Positions 1 to 14,010 of a stretch of 64,000 nucleotides of DNA are shown piece by piece (position 1 is the first letter of the stretch; each line of letters opens with the position of its first letter). The notes under the pieces were generated by a model. It had not been told where the DNA came from and ran no database searches. It saw only the letters and a list, made by a program, of their open reading frames with translations. The stretch lies in the NCBI GenBank assembly GCA_012295275.1, contig CM022675.1:15190001-15254000 (forward strand), given 5' to 3'. The translations under genes were made by a program, and so were the position numbers. The DNA is from Chrysomallon squamiferum (Eukaryota > Animalia > Mollusca).

Positions 1-55
1 CCTTTAAACTATTAAAATTAACATTTTTTCCCCGTTATTATTATAAATATAAATA

Positions 56-86
<31 letters not shown>

Positions 87-854
87 GCGTAATTAAAAAA
101 ATATATAAATAAATAAGGGCAAAAAACAAACAACAACAAAGAAACAAGACCAGTAATAACAGTTTGTGACGGGTTTTCGGGGAAGTGTTTTGTTCTTTTT
201 ATATTTTTCTTTTAATTTAACTTGTGTGAATTTATATCTTTCTTTCTCTAATAAATGTTAATACTTAGAGATCATATTAAAAAATATAATTACTTGTTGG
301 CACATTAATACAGAAACTGATTTATCTGATTTGAACCACAGCTCATATATAACAAAAACTTATTATTTTTTTGCTTGGTAGATAACAGTAGTTCTGTCAG
401 GTTACGGCTGACTGGTTTCCCTTGTGTATTTTATTTTGTAAAAAAGCAACCCACCAAAGCATTATTTGGTTACTGTACTGTGCACGTTAGAACATTCCTA
501 ACATTTTTGTTATTTTACGAAGCACGTTCGCCTTAATTTAACTATTTATTACAAAGACTGATATTGTAATTATTAATGTAGCAAACTACATTTTATATAT
601 ATATATAGATAGATAGATAGATATAAAAAAAATTTTTTTTTTTTACAATAATTAGAAAAAACCCTGTAGTTTTAGATCCATATAACATTTCTTCATTTAG
701 TTCCTTTTTTTTTTTTTTTTTTGGTTAACACTAACGAGCGCATGCGTAATCCGAACTGTTGAATTAGCATACACCTCAGTCATTATTAACTTTATACATA
801 CATGCATAGAGTCCACGAAAACAGCCATTTTATAGAATTCACAACACCTTTTTT

Positions 855-1020
855 TATTATTTTTTATTATTAGTAATAATAAGTTGTAAGTAGTGGCTTT
901 ATAAACATTTGTTGTAAGTGCTAATTTTATAAACATTTGTTAAGTAGTAGTTTTATAAACATCTGTTGTAAATGCTAGTTTTATAAACATTTGTTGTTAG
1001 TGTTAGTTTTATAAAATGTT
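855..1020. repeat. Degenerate ~29-bp minisatellite (TTTATAAACATTTGTTGTAAGTGCTAGTT-like)
   Basis: About 5 imperfect tandem copies are visible directly. Confidence 0.7.
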
Positions 1021-2099
1021 TTTCGTGAGAAGCTGATATTTTTTAAAACAAGATTTGAACATTTAAAAGAAAAAATATTTCAGAGCGCATTTCAAAGCAG
1101 AGTTGAACCTGCGTGATGCTGGACCGGGACAACGTGTGACTGACTACTTACTCAGGTCCGAACTTACTTAACACGTGCTTCACAACAGCTAGCTCTGATT
1201 AGCACGTTATTTTTTTCATTTCATTTCGTTACTTAACAGAAGTGATTAAAACATTACAAAAGAGCTTTATTAATATAATTTATCTACAGTTGTAGAAACA
1301 GACTAAATAATGTTTAATTTCGGTTTAGTAACAAAGTATGAGACGAAGATAACAAGTCATCCAGGATACAATGTAATGTATTTTGTTTCATGTCATTTCA
1401 AACAAACCAGAAGTAAAAATTAAAAAAAGTCAGAGATTGATTACAGAGAATTAATCAGTTCTTTCTTTTTTCAGCTTAAGCAAACCCGTCTTTTATGTTG
1501 TTTTGGCGGGTGTCTAGAATTCTTTAGATAATGGTGTTAATAAAGAAAAACAACAATGCAAAAAAATACGAATGTACCAGTAACAATAATATTATTTGTA
1601 GAAGAAAGTAAATAATCATATGACCGATGTTAGATAACTTGTTTAATAATAGACTGTGTGATTTTTGCTTTTTATAAAACAACTGTTCTAAATACAAGTT
1701 CACTAAGGATTATGTCTGAAGAGATTAACGTGTAAAACTGCACGAGTTTTGTTATAAAGAGACAATTTTTGGCGGTACAAGATACTGATCTGGTCAGAAA
1801 GAGACGCTGGCATTCCTTCACATCACTTGCTCTGATTATCACGTTCACGTTTCACTCATTTACTCACTCACCACAGATACATTATCTCTAGTAAAACAAA
1901 AATAATATACCACAAAGCAGCAGTTTCTCTTCAAACTGTGAAAATGACAATGTGGTAGCCCACTTATTTCATTGAAAGAAGAAGACCATGCCGATGATTA
2001 AGAATGAGGAAAAAATAAAACAAAATAAAACTTAATGGAATATAGCAAATAAAGCAAATACATAGTCAGAATAAGGACTTTTTTACAGGTAGAACGTTA

Positions 2100-2138
<39 letters not shown>

Positions 2139-2543
2139 AACAGTAAATGATAATGTTTTGTTTCATTTCCATAATGAATAATTAACACTTTTGGTGCATT
2201 CTGTATTTATTAAAGGCTTTCTTAATGAAATTAGTGACCTTTTATAGAAAGTTATTTCAGTCCGCCTATTCAAAAGAGCTTATGTTCGTTTACAATTAAG
2301 AAAATTTGTGATATTACATATCACCGCTGTAGACATCAAATGATTTACACACTGGAGGAATTAATGATTTTGGAGTATATGGTGATCATGGATTGAAAAG
2401 TTCTAGCGTTCTGAATTCAAATGTGACCCTGCATACTTCATTCTTGACATTACAGATGTTACTTGTGACTGCGATAGTAAATAATTATTTTTATTATTTT
2501 CCTTTCATAGTCCATAAATGGTGGTAACCTATATGTTACAGAC

Positions 2544-4487
2544 AATATGTCAAGACCATTAGGCATTTGGCAAAATGACTGAATCAAAAAGAATGACTGG
2601 CAGTTGTATGCAATCGTTTATTTCGAAACACATCAAGTAGTGTTTTATTGAATCCTATCTTGAATTGCACAAAAGATTGTTCTTGAAATATTTACTACGT
2701 TTTGTTTGACATTTCTTTGTCCCCCAACAATTTGTTCTCCTGCAGATTACTCCTTTGTCATTGCTGCTCTAAGAGACATAGAACTCGCAGCGTTGAGAGC
2801 AGCCATCTCGAAGCCTATGAGATGGTTTAACGGCTGTGGCTGTCTGTTGGTACCTCTCTGGGATGCGAAGATTTGCCACAGTGTGTGGCACTGGTGGTGG
2901 ATCATTGGCATGTTGCTTTGTCCGACGGATGGCCCTTCTGATGGTTCAGACTGCAGGAAGTTGGGATGCAGCAGCTGTGAAAAAGTGCAATTTCATTAAT
3001 ACAAAGCAATTAATACATATAACGTTGGAGGTACAATGACATGCAGAAGGAATGTAGCTGTGAGTGGTCAAGGTGAATATTGTAGTTTGTTGACATGAAC
3101 GTTGGAACATCATGCGGTTTAAATAGTTAAGTTTGTTGATAAACAAAAAACACAAAAAATAGTTTATCCTTTTTCATTTTTCCCAAATCTGGCCCCTTCA
3201 AAAGACTTATAAATGACCAAATATTAAACCTTTTTATATTGTTTCCTGCCTCATTATTTACAGTTCACCTTGATGTTATATATTGGTAAAGCCAAGAGTA
3301 CTGGTGTTTACAATTCATATTCGCATCAAGAAGATTTAAACATATAAAATGTATTAAAATGTTACAGTAAAAGTAAAAAAATTCAATAAAATAATATCTT
3401 CAGAAATTTCTTGTAGGCCGTTAGCAAGGATTTGTTGTGGTGCTTCCATTGTCTCTGCAGCCTTGAGTTTCACAGAAGCCCTAATGAGCACCACTTCAGC
3501 TCTATCCACGACTGTTCATTGGTATTAGCAATGACTGCTCCATTTAAAACTTTAGTTTTGCATTGTCCACTATTATGTTTGCCCTTTTTGCGTTATTCAG
3601 ACTCATAAGACACAGCACCATTTGCAAGATCTTTTTGCTTAACACAGAATATTCCGTGGGAGGGAATGCCCTGACATCATATTTTATAATACAGAAATAT
3701 AATTGGGTGAGTTTTATTAGGAAAACTTTATATGAATTGGGATTGGGATACATATGGATAGAGCAGAATCAGATTAATGAAAATATAAAAAATTATTTGT
3801 GCTTAATTAAGCAAATAATATTTGACCAAGCAAAGCACAATTTTTCAATTCAGCTAAATACATCTGTGAAATGTGACAATTTATATAAATACATTACAGA
3901 TGGTGTAACAATTCAGTTTTACTATACCAATGATTTATAAAAGATATTTAATAAAAGTGAAACTATCAGCTGGCAATATAGGATAGTGAGAGAGCAGAAA
4001 GAATATGTATATTATATCACAGTGGTGAGATTGAAGAAAAGATTGATAATAAGAAATCACTGTTTAATTAGGGAAAATATTTGTTTAAAGCATTTCAGTG
4101 TGGAAAAGTTTTGATTAGTTAGGTATTTTATGTGCTATATTATTTATATTCTCCAAAGGTTTTTTTCTTTTTCATCACACTGTCACTATTTGTACTTCTT
4201 GCATTTTTAATGACATCATATCAATAAGCTGTAATGCTTATGATAATAAAGAATTGAATTGAACGACTAATCCCTACAATGAACAAATATAAGCAAAGCA
4301 TTAAATCCATTTGACTGATTGCCTGAATTGCTATCAGGCAGAATGTCAAACAGCACCAAACAAAATCCAGTCATTTGGCCTAATTCCTGGAAATTTTAAT
4401 TATTAGGCCTAATATCTGACGGTCTCGGGCATTAGGCTAAATGTCTTAACATTGAGGCATTAGGCCAAATGACTAGTTTGACATATT
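2544..4487 (-). mobile_element. Decayed Mutator-like (FLYWCH-MULE) DNA transposon with internal deletions
   Basis: Minus-strand fragments translate to GQCKTKVLNGAVIANTNE (FLYWCH-like end, ~3515-3570), DRAEVVLIRASVKLKAAETMEAPQQILANGLQEISE (~3400-3506), AASQLPAV*TIRRAIRRTKQHANDPPPVPHTVANLRIPERYQQT (~2840-2975) and IGFEMAALNAAS (MULE DFExAxxNA motif, ~2785-2820). The ends are inverted: AATATGTCAA 2544-2553 and TTGACATATT 4478-4487, with shared ATTAGGC/CATTTGGC/AAATGACTG subterminal motifs. No clear TSD. Confidence 0.7.
3600..4263 (+). mobile_element. 5'-truncated non-LTR retrotransposon (RTE-X-like) 3' fragment nested in the MULE remnant
   Basis: ORF 3563-3940 contains NWVSFIRKTLYELGLGYIWIEQ...IKQIIFDQ, typical of the post-RT region of invertebrate LINEs. 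A degenerate RAERICxL...EIE zinc-knuckle region lies near 3990-4040. It ends in AATAAA plus a (GAATT)n tail at ~4246-4263. Confidence 0.7.
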
Positions 4488-5278
4488 CACTGAAAAATAT
4501 ATATATATATATATATTAATAGAATGCAATATTTGAAAAATATGAAATTCGGTTGACAAAACTAATTTATTTTTCTATATATAAAAGCTGGCTGCACCTG
4601 TTTTCTTTTTTTTAATTCTATATTTTTACCTCATCTGAAAAGTAACTGGCTTTCTTCCCAGCATTTATTTTTATAAAACTGATACTCTTTAAATGGCGCA
4701 TAATGGAGACTGCTGCGTTATTGTCAGAGTTTGAATGTGAAGTAGATCTCACGTGGATTACTCTGTGTTATGATTTGTACAGAATTACTCTGTGTTATGA
4801 TTTGTACAGAATTACTCACTGGTGAAACATGAGTGATGACAGACCGTGGTAATTCACGATGAAGAACAACTATTAAAACAAAACTCAAAGATATAATACC
4901 GAAAATGATTTAATTGACAGAAAAACAATGCTGTTTTCTTTTCCACTTATTTTCCTACCAATATTTGTACAAAAATATTGTTTGATGCAATTTATATAAA
5001 GGAACACACGCGCCAAGCTTGCATATGGACACCCAACTCTGTAACCGATGTAACATAGAGAGTTACTTCCCTTACTTTATTTTACTCTATCTGTGTAACT
5101 AAAGTGAAATAAAAAATGTACTGCCTAACTGCGTTTAGTAACTTCACTTGTGGTTTAGCAAATAAACGTGATGAATTCAAAGGAAATCTAAGCGTAGGAC
5201 TGAGTCATATATCAGTCTAATCATTAGGTGGACATGCTGTGTTTTACTAAAGTGAATATTATAATTAAATGGAACAAC

Positions 5279-5320
<42 letters not shown>

Positions 5321-5523
5321 TGTAAGCAGCGATAACTCAAAATGGGTCAAAACGACCAAAAAGAAAAGAAAAAGATGTTAGAGTTTTCTCCCTTGAACTA
5401 TTTCGTTTTTTTTTTTTTTTTTTTTTTTTTTTCCTTTTTTTTTTTGTTTTGTTGCTGTTTTAAGAAAAATATCATTTTAAGTTTCTTCCTATTCATTATT
5501 ATTATTAGTAGTAGTAGTACTAT

Positions 5524-5557
<34 letters not shown>

Positions 5558-6711
5558 TGTAGCAGGAGTAGTAGCAGTATTTTCTTTCTCATTTAGATAT
5601 AAATATCGCTAATAAATCAGTATTACTCTACTTTATTAAGTAATTAATCTAAAGTACAACTGCATTTCCTTATTGATCTCTTAAAAAAAAAACGATGAAA
5701 GAAATATGAATACTTCATGAACTCAAATTTATGTTATTTGTAAATAATAGGTTAGCTTTTATTAAAGTGACTTCTGTAATAATAATTATAATAATAACAA
5801 TACCAGCAACAATAAATAAATAAATAAATAAATAAATAAATGAATAAAATTAATAAATAAATAAAGTATAATTAGATTAAATAAAAGTTATAGTTGGTAC
5901 TTATTCTAAAAATCTTTGTAATTTTAAATATAACTAGAGTGTATATGTTACCAGTAATGATTTTAGAATTCTTAAATTTTAAGAAATGTAAAAAACAGCT
6001 TACTTAATATAATTTAATATAATATAAATATAAGTAGCCGACATTACCAATTTCTGCATTCTTTCTCGTAATATTTAAATATAAGCGAAGCTGTTTTATT
6101 AAATGGAATCTTAATAGAGGGTGTGGCTAATATATTCGATCCTTTCCCAGTATTTGTCAGTGTTCGGGTAGAGAAGTTAATTAAAACAATGTTTAAATTG
6201 GTGACACACCGGTGTGATACTTGGAACAAACGATGGTATTACTCATTTTTTAAATTCGAAAAATGAGCTACTCAAACTCAGTGTGACGCCCGAATTTTAC
6301 GTCTGTCGACAAATTACAACATAAAAAACCCTTATTAACAATGGCTATTAAACCTTTCTGATTCCGCTTGTTAACCAACAAACAGTCCGATAATTTTCGT
6401 ACTAAAGATTTATTTTTCCAAAACAATCGCCATTTTGTACCGAAACTGTCTACCTGATGACAGCTGAACTGCATAAGTGGAACCAGGAGACTGCTTTCAG
6501 TAATGTTTCCGTTATCACTTTCACCAGACAGCCATTAATACCCAACTTTATTAATAACTAATTAATTAAATTGCTAATTAGCTTATAATTCATTAATGTT
6601 TAAGTTTCTTAGACATGACATAGCACTAATATTTAAGAGCCTCAAGTTTTTTTTAGCTGTCAAAAGTGTCGACTTGTATCAAGTACGACATTTTTTAATT
6701 TTAATTTTAAT

Positions 6712-6743
<32 letters not shown>

Positions 6744-9700
6744 TTTTATGGGTGTCTAAATAAATTGTTTATCCATACATTTATTATCTTCATTATTCTT
6801 TTCTTTTTTTTGGCGACGTTTTACAGATCATAGCAAAGGGTAATAATAAAATGATACTGTTAGCAAATACCAGATAGCCATAGATTTTTCTTCTTCACAA
6901 TTACAGTCGTGAACGTGAAAGACTGATAGTTGTATATTTTTTAAAAGCTGTATCCTTTGTATCTAAACTGGTTGCATCCATATATTTTTAAAATGTAGTC
7001 TTTTACAGTTACACTTCATTATTAATTAAGATTGGACGTAAATAAAATATATATATATATATAAAATAAAGTAAAATAAAATAAAACAAAACATAATCTG
7101 GAGCTGTAGAATATATATTTAGAATATTCTACATAACGCCATAAAATAAATGCAACATAAATATATATAAATATATAAAATTTGAACCTCAATGTTCAAA
7201 ATTAAAAACCCAGTCAAAACAAAAACAAAATACATTGACCAGTGACAGGACCAGTAGAGTGTTGTTATTTCGAAGAAACATCTATTGATATACAAAATAA
7301 TATCAAAGTCAGGTGACCAGACAGATGTTTCCCCTGTATTTCAGCTATAGATATAATTGTAGTATTCTTACTGTATAGATAAGCATCGACATGCTACAGT
7401 GATATTACTTTCTCGCTGTATCTGTTTTGACGTGTGCCGATACATTTAAGATAATGAAATGTTAAATATCTTTTAAAGGTCGTTGATTGCTGTCTGTGAT
7501 TTGACCAGATAAAATGGGATATCCAAGTTTTGGGAATGATTGCCTCTTGACATCGCAACAGTCCTTTGATATTTATTCATGTTCCACTTTATCAAATGAT
7601 AAAAAGAACAAAAACACGTGACAGTTCATTGGAGATTTGCAAATACTTTGCAAACATGAATAAATATTTGGTATCAGAAAGTCTTATTTAGGCAAAGAGA
7701 AACTGTGTTGTATATACTCTTCGTATACCCATTGAATGTTTGCCCATTATATTTATTTTTCTTTCCATGCGAGTATTTCCTTTCTGTATATCATCCGATA
7801 TATCATCAGTCAATAAATGCATTAACATCTGTATTAACTTATTAATATTTGTTCTGACTTATATAGTATATATTCTAGGTTGAGAAATACCCATTATTAA
7901 TTATCTGAAAGAGAAACATAAAACTATACAGTTTAATGAATAACTTGACATCTTTGTTGAATTCTCTTTTGCTGCAGAGCTAACGACTCTTCATGTTACG
8001 GACGTCGCTTATTTCTGAGTTAATTAACAGAATATTTAATAAGACAATATTTACCTTTCTATATGAGATTGTGTTTGTGAAATACCTCCTGACTCAATGC
8101 ATATGTCATCAAATGGTAACAGACATGATGAATACCTGTGAAAAGATAATGTGATAGGTTTCAAAATATTAAAATTAGATTCAAAATATTAAAAAGTGAT
8201 AACAATAATAAAAAGAAATGTTAGATTAATTTTATATGTCAATAAATAATATTCTGCGAAAACAAATGGAATTTCAAGAGGCTGATTTAAAAAACGACCA
8301 CATTATTTCATGCGTATATTTTCCGCTTTCTAGTAAAAGTGAATCGTTTGCACATCGCACACAAATCAATGTTTCCACTTAGTTATTCTCCGCTTGGTGT
8401 ACCATGAAATTTCAACTGTCTATTAATGTTACCTTTGTTTTTGTGTTTTTTCTGATTATAACTCTTTTGCACTTTGTGCCTCTGAAATACTGTACATGTT
8501 TGCTGCTTCAGCTACGTCCGTGCCATTTTCGTTTGCGTCATTACTTACCAGACCGACTAATCAGACACTTTGTACCCGATCTTGTGTTGAAGCGTAGAAA
8601 TCGTTTTAATATGAAACACTTTTAGCCTTTTACTTTATCAAAATATATTTAGAAAGGCCAATTTGTGTGGCGACAGTTTCGAAACGTTTTCCTCTTATTT
8701 TTAGAAAACGCTGATTGGAGAGTGGACAAGAGGAACATTAAGCAATTTTGTGTGTTTACTTTAAACGCTATAACATGCTAAATCAATTATATCATTTAAC
8801 GTGACACTTAGTCCTTCAGACATTTAGCATTTTAAAATGTCATATCTTGTAATAAATAAAATTATTTTTCATTTCATCTGCAACTCCCCCGCTGTTAACA
8901 ATAAACGGAACTTTAATAAAGAAACGAGTTCCCTGTTACATGCTTGTCAGTTACACTGTTTTACAGCATTCACCAACAGTTACTCGCTAATTGCAATAAA
9001 CCCTTGCTTGTTTCTACGTAATTGTGGCCCTGAGTTCCAACTTGAATCCATTATCTATATTTGTATTGAGCAATTAAAGCTGAAGAAATCTTTATTTTCA
9101 GTTGGTGTCTAAATTTACCAATCATGATAAGAAAAGATCAAAGTTGAGGAAATTTTCGCAACGCCTTAATCCGGCATGCTCATTAAAAAGAAGCCTAAAA
9201 ATAGTTACAATTATTTCTCCTTTTTAAGATGATGAAAACGAAAAATCAGTCTTTAGCTATCGAGTCTTTGTTTTTGTTGGTCACCAGGAACCCAAAGTCA
9301 CTGAAACATGCAGAACATTGTAAAGGTTAGTCTTCTTAGAATATATAATATTCTTTCTCTGTTATTTAAGAATAATTTTAAATTCTAGAATTCTGTATAT
9401 TATGATAACTCTTCTGTTAAAAATAAATTAATTTTATTAGTGACAAACATTCCAGGCAGACTCAAAATTAATTGTAAATTCTGCATTTAGAAAGGAGAAC
9501 TAAAATATGTAAAATATTTCTAGTTAGCAAGGAAACGAATTTATTTGATAATGTAATAGACTTTTCTGTGCTCGGGTTATTACTGTTTTTCTGGTGTGAC
9601 ATTTCTCTTTTTTACTTATTATGAATTGGCTTCTAATTTATAACCCAGAAGACAACAATGCAGAAACGAAATAAAATAAAATAAATGTGATTGTGCTGCT

Positions 9701-12700
9701 AAATGCTGTTAAAACTTGACAGGCTGATAATATCTAGTACTTGTATCACACATTAGTTTATTTTCAGTTTATTTTTTTAAATATCATTAAACAGTTTTAT
9801 AATTTAAAAAAATGAATTTTAATAATTTGAGAGTGACTTAATGTTCGTTAAATTACTAATATTTTTTTTATCTGTACTCGCTACAACATCCAAATGTCAG
9901 TATCATTTTAGAATATTTTAGAGTAAATATTTACAGTAAGTATGTGTGTTGTGTGAGTGTGTGTGCATGCCAGTGTAAGTGCGTGTGTACGTGCGAAGAC
10001 AAGTTACTTGATAAATAATAATGTGTCAGGCGTGACCTGTCACACAGTACCACACAGATATATTCTAGCTGATGTTTCTTGCAGGTAACACAGTAGCTGT
10101 CATTATTTTACTCAGCTTTTATTTTATATTTTCCCACGCACTGATTAATTTGAAAACTGACGTGTTAGTAGCAAATTCTAATAACGGCAGCTAGGACAAA
10201 ACAATACTTTTTACTTACGTCAACGCAGCATGGACGTCACTGTCAGTGTAAATTAATTACTAATTGGTAACCGGAGATTATTTTACTTATCTGTGATTAA
10301 CAAATATAATAATAATCATCCTCATTATCATCATCATCATAATAATAATAAACAAATAAATAAATAACAGTAGAAAAATTATATAATTGTTTTAAACATT
10401 AATTTTTTTATTCTGCGAGAAAAAAGAAAAAAAACATTTTTTTAATTGTCTGAAAAACAGTTGGAAGAAATATGGATAGTAAATTTATCATTAACTAGTG
10501 AACCCGTAACAAATGTTTGAGTCAGTGAAGTATAATATTGACCAAACATCAGACAGACTGGACAGCCCTTTGTCAGGCTACAACATTACCCCCGCTGTGT
10601 CACACAGCTTGTTATGTTTAATTAATCAACATGACTCTCTTCATGTTGCCGTAGCACGCTTTCTGACTTCTGTGATAGAAATTTCTAGAGTTTTATTGTC
10701 TTTATGTCAGTTCACCAGAACAGCCAGAAGAGAGAGAGAAACATAGTTAATAAATTAGACGATGTTCCAACAAAGAGTGGAAGCTTCAATCCACTGTTAG
10801 TTGCTAATTACAGGGTTTTTATTTTCTAGTCAGTAATATTAGATTTTTAAAGATAATTGCTAAATTAGAAAAGCATACGTCTGAAAGCACTGGATTTTCT
10901 TTTACTCCTTTGTGAAGTTGCTTTATATTTTAGTCACAGATTTTGTATCAAATACAATCAAGGTGTACCAGTTGTTACTGTAATTAAATAAACAAAACCA
11001 GAGAAAGTTACTTTAATTGTTTCCCTTCTTTCTCTCTCTTTCTTGCTTTCTTTCTCTCTTAGTTTATTTTTCATTTCCGTTTATTTGTTTTTCTCTCTCT
11101 CTTATTTTTATTTTGTGTTACTCCATCCCTCTCTAATCCGCTCTACATCAGAAAAACAAAACTGTTACTTTATTCAGTTTGTACACATCACTCCAATCAC
11201 ACAGAAACGTATCGATATTGTTACTGTAATTTACTAAAATGTTTACGAATATGGCAGCTCATTGTGTGATGGTTATTATTTTCTGTTTTTAATTTGTCTG
11301 TTCAGAGTATTTATCAATTCACTGAAATTCCTTTTTAATTCCCTCTAGACGAAGCAAGGTAAAATGTTTCAGTGCCGAGGATTATCGAATAAAAGATGTA
11401 CCGGAAATGCTTTCTGCAGTTATGAAAAAAACTTTGGATGCGCTGTGAAAGTTAAAGGAAGACAATTTACTGTTTTGTAGAGAACAAAACATTTCGCCAT
11501 TGTTTCGCATTCATCCTGTGTTGGACAGTTTTTAAATTATGGAAGTCATTTGTTTAGCCAGTCGAGACTGTGTGTTTGGAAAGCCATTAGAAAATTAAAC
11601 TGTCCTGACCATGTCAGCTAGAAGTCTTCTTGAAAACTGTTGCTCTTTATACATAAACTGAACCACTATTTTACATTTACAGAGCAATTCAGAATTTACT
11701 TAGCATAATAATGATAATCTCTCTATTTGTTTTTAAAATATTTATGTTGTTTTTTAAAGAAAGAAATGCTTTCTTCTGCAACACGATTTTTCTTTTAATC
11801 ATACCTTTAGTTTCACATTTCTTACATATTTATTAGTTATCTCACTTTTTCTTTCATCGAAGTTTATTTGCCTCATTTCAAATAAACGAAAAATGTAATA
11901 AATTTCGAATCACTTTTACGAAACCCTTTATGAAATGTGTATATAATAAGATCCGAAGATACACCTCGAATGTTGTAAACATTAAGAAAACTACATGAAT
12001 CCTTTTATTCATAGTATCCATCAATATATTTGTATTGCATACGAGTGTATGACTGTTAGTGTGGTTCTTTAGTTACCTGGTTGTTAGATATATATTACTT
12101 GTTACTTTTACTTCAGATGCTGAAAAGTTTTCCCTATCAGGTTATAATTCTCAGATACTCTGTCCAGTCAGCAATGGAATAACTGCTCTCGTTAGTCGTT
12201 AATCATATCATTATCCACACCCACGACAAGTCATCCCTTAGATTATGAAAAAGACCCAACATACGACAGACAGTATTTACGATGTTCGAAATTAGAAACC
12301 AATAAAAGTTTAAATATGTAAAATATTTCCTTCTGCGGAAAATCGATAATAACACAAAAATAATATACAAAAAAAAAAAAAAGCTCGTTGAATATAACCG
12401 TAAATTACTTGTTTCAAATTGAGAACATGTTAAACATTTTCTGTGTTTAGTAAAAAGAATATTAAATATGTTTGTGTTAGATCTAGATCTTCGTGACTGA
12501 CTTTAGAAAATACTTTCCTGTTTTATAAAATCAACAGAATGTGCGAGAATGTGTTAAAAAAATAGGAATACCAGAATGAATAGAAACTAGTTAAATGAAC
12601 CATTGAATGATTAATGCAGTCTGTATTTCACTACAGTATATGCGTATCATAGACATTATTTTATAATATTTATAGTTTTTCTACACACCTTCAGCCAAAC

Positions 12701-13461
12701 ACACACAGACACACAGAAAAAAAACAATTCACACACACACACAAATATATATATATATATATTCATTTTATTGAAATGTGCATGCACTCGCTCCACAGAC
12801 CAGGTAAAAGTCCTGTAATAGACAGGTAGCTGTTTTACAAAGCTAAAACGTATAATGTGTTGTATTGTGGGCAACATAGATGCGGTCGTACTATTGAGGT
12901 GGCTAGAGCAGGCGGTCGCGGACTGTATTTTATTACCTGGAACTGATTGTATTTTTTCTTTTTATATATATACATACCATTATCTTATTCATCTCGGGAA
13001 AATTAATTATTTAGTAACAACAACAACAACCACATCAATAATAATGAAAAAGAAACTGAACTGTGAAAATAACAAATAAATAAAAACATTTAATAAAATA
13101 TTCAAAATATTCAAAAAATCGTCTGTTAAAACATACACAGCCTGTCTGTAAATAAACCACGTTGTGTGTGGAGTGTGCAGAGTGCTGCAGGTTCAGAAAC
13201 GCCTAACATATGCTTTTTTCTTTTTTTCTTAATTCCCAAACAGTAGCGAATAAGAATTGTTAATTCAGCAGTTTTGACTAAAATACAGCGAGGTAAAAAT
13301 ATACTGAACTGTTGAGAAAGTCAGAAATGTAAATCTGAAGAAGAAAGTAAAAATATACACATCTTCATTTATTTCATGTAGTGTATACGAAATTTATTTT
13401 TATTTCTTTCCTTTTTTTTCATTCTCGTTCTTCTTCTATAATTAACAACAATAAAAGCTTC

Positions 13462-13494
<33 letters not shown>

Positions 13495-13628
13495 TTGTTC
13501 AGTATTCCTAGGGTTTTGATAATAATCATATCCACTGGAGACACAAACTCTTTCTCACAAAATATATATATGATGCAAACAGCGTCTTTTGACTTTAAAA
13601 CGTTTCTTCTTCTAATCATACATAATAT

Positions 13629-14010
13629 TGACGTCATAAAATATGATTAGACATTGTCACCATTAATAGCATTAATGTAATTTCGGAGGCAAACAAATGA
13701 TACACAGAACGCAAGTATCCACTGGAGATCACTAATGGGAACGCATAAGGGGTCACGTGGGACGAACGACGAGAGATTTTCACCTCACCAATCAAAAGAT
13801 CTCGTCTCATTATTACTTGTATGATTGGCGAGAGTTTTTACATCCCACGAGAACGATTTGCGGCCTGTCGCGCTGTCCACTTTAATTTAATCGAGCCAAG
13901 TTACAGCTTTATAAAAGACTGTCTGAGAAGCGAGTCTCCGGGTCCAAGACTTGACAGGGCGCTTCAAGTTTTAGTTTGTTAATTCCTGATCAATTACCAC
14001 AAAGTGAACA
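13629..14010 (+). promoter_or_regulatory. Putative luqin promoter and non-coding first exon (~13940-14010)
   Basis: Full CRE TGACGTCA 13629-13636, E-box CACGTG 13754-13759, CCAAT 13788-13792, ATTGG ~13824, TATA-like TTTATAAAA 13908-13916 and a strong donor GTAAGT at 14011. The luqin ATG lies only 3 nt after an acceptor, so an upstream exon is required. The link to luqin is inferred. Confidence 0.55.

Noticed and set aside
1192-1846. Two copies of GCTCTGATTA(G/T)CACGTT about 640 bp apart
   Set aside because: Only two short copies, so it cannot be told apart from chance, a shared factor-binding site or a repeat relic.
2706-3039. Cys/Trp-rich plus-strand ORFs
   Set aside because: They are the antisense shadow of the MULE transposase remnant.
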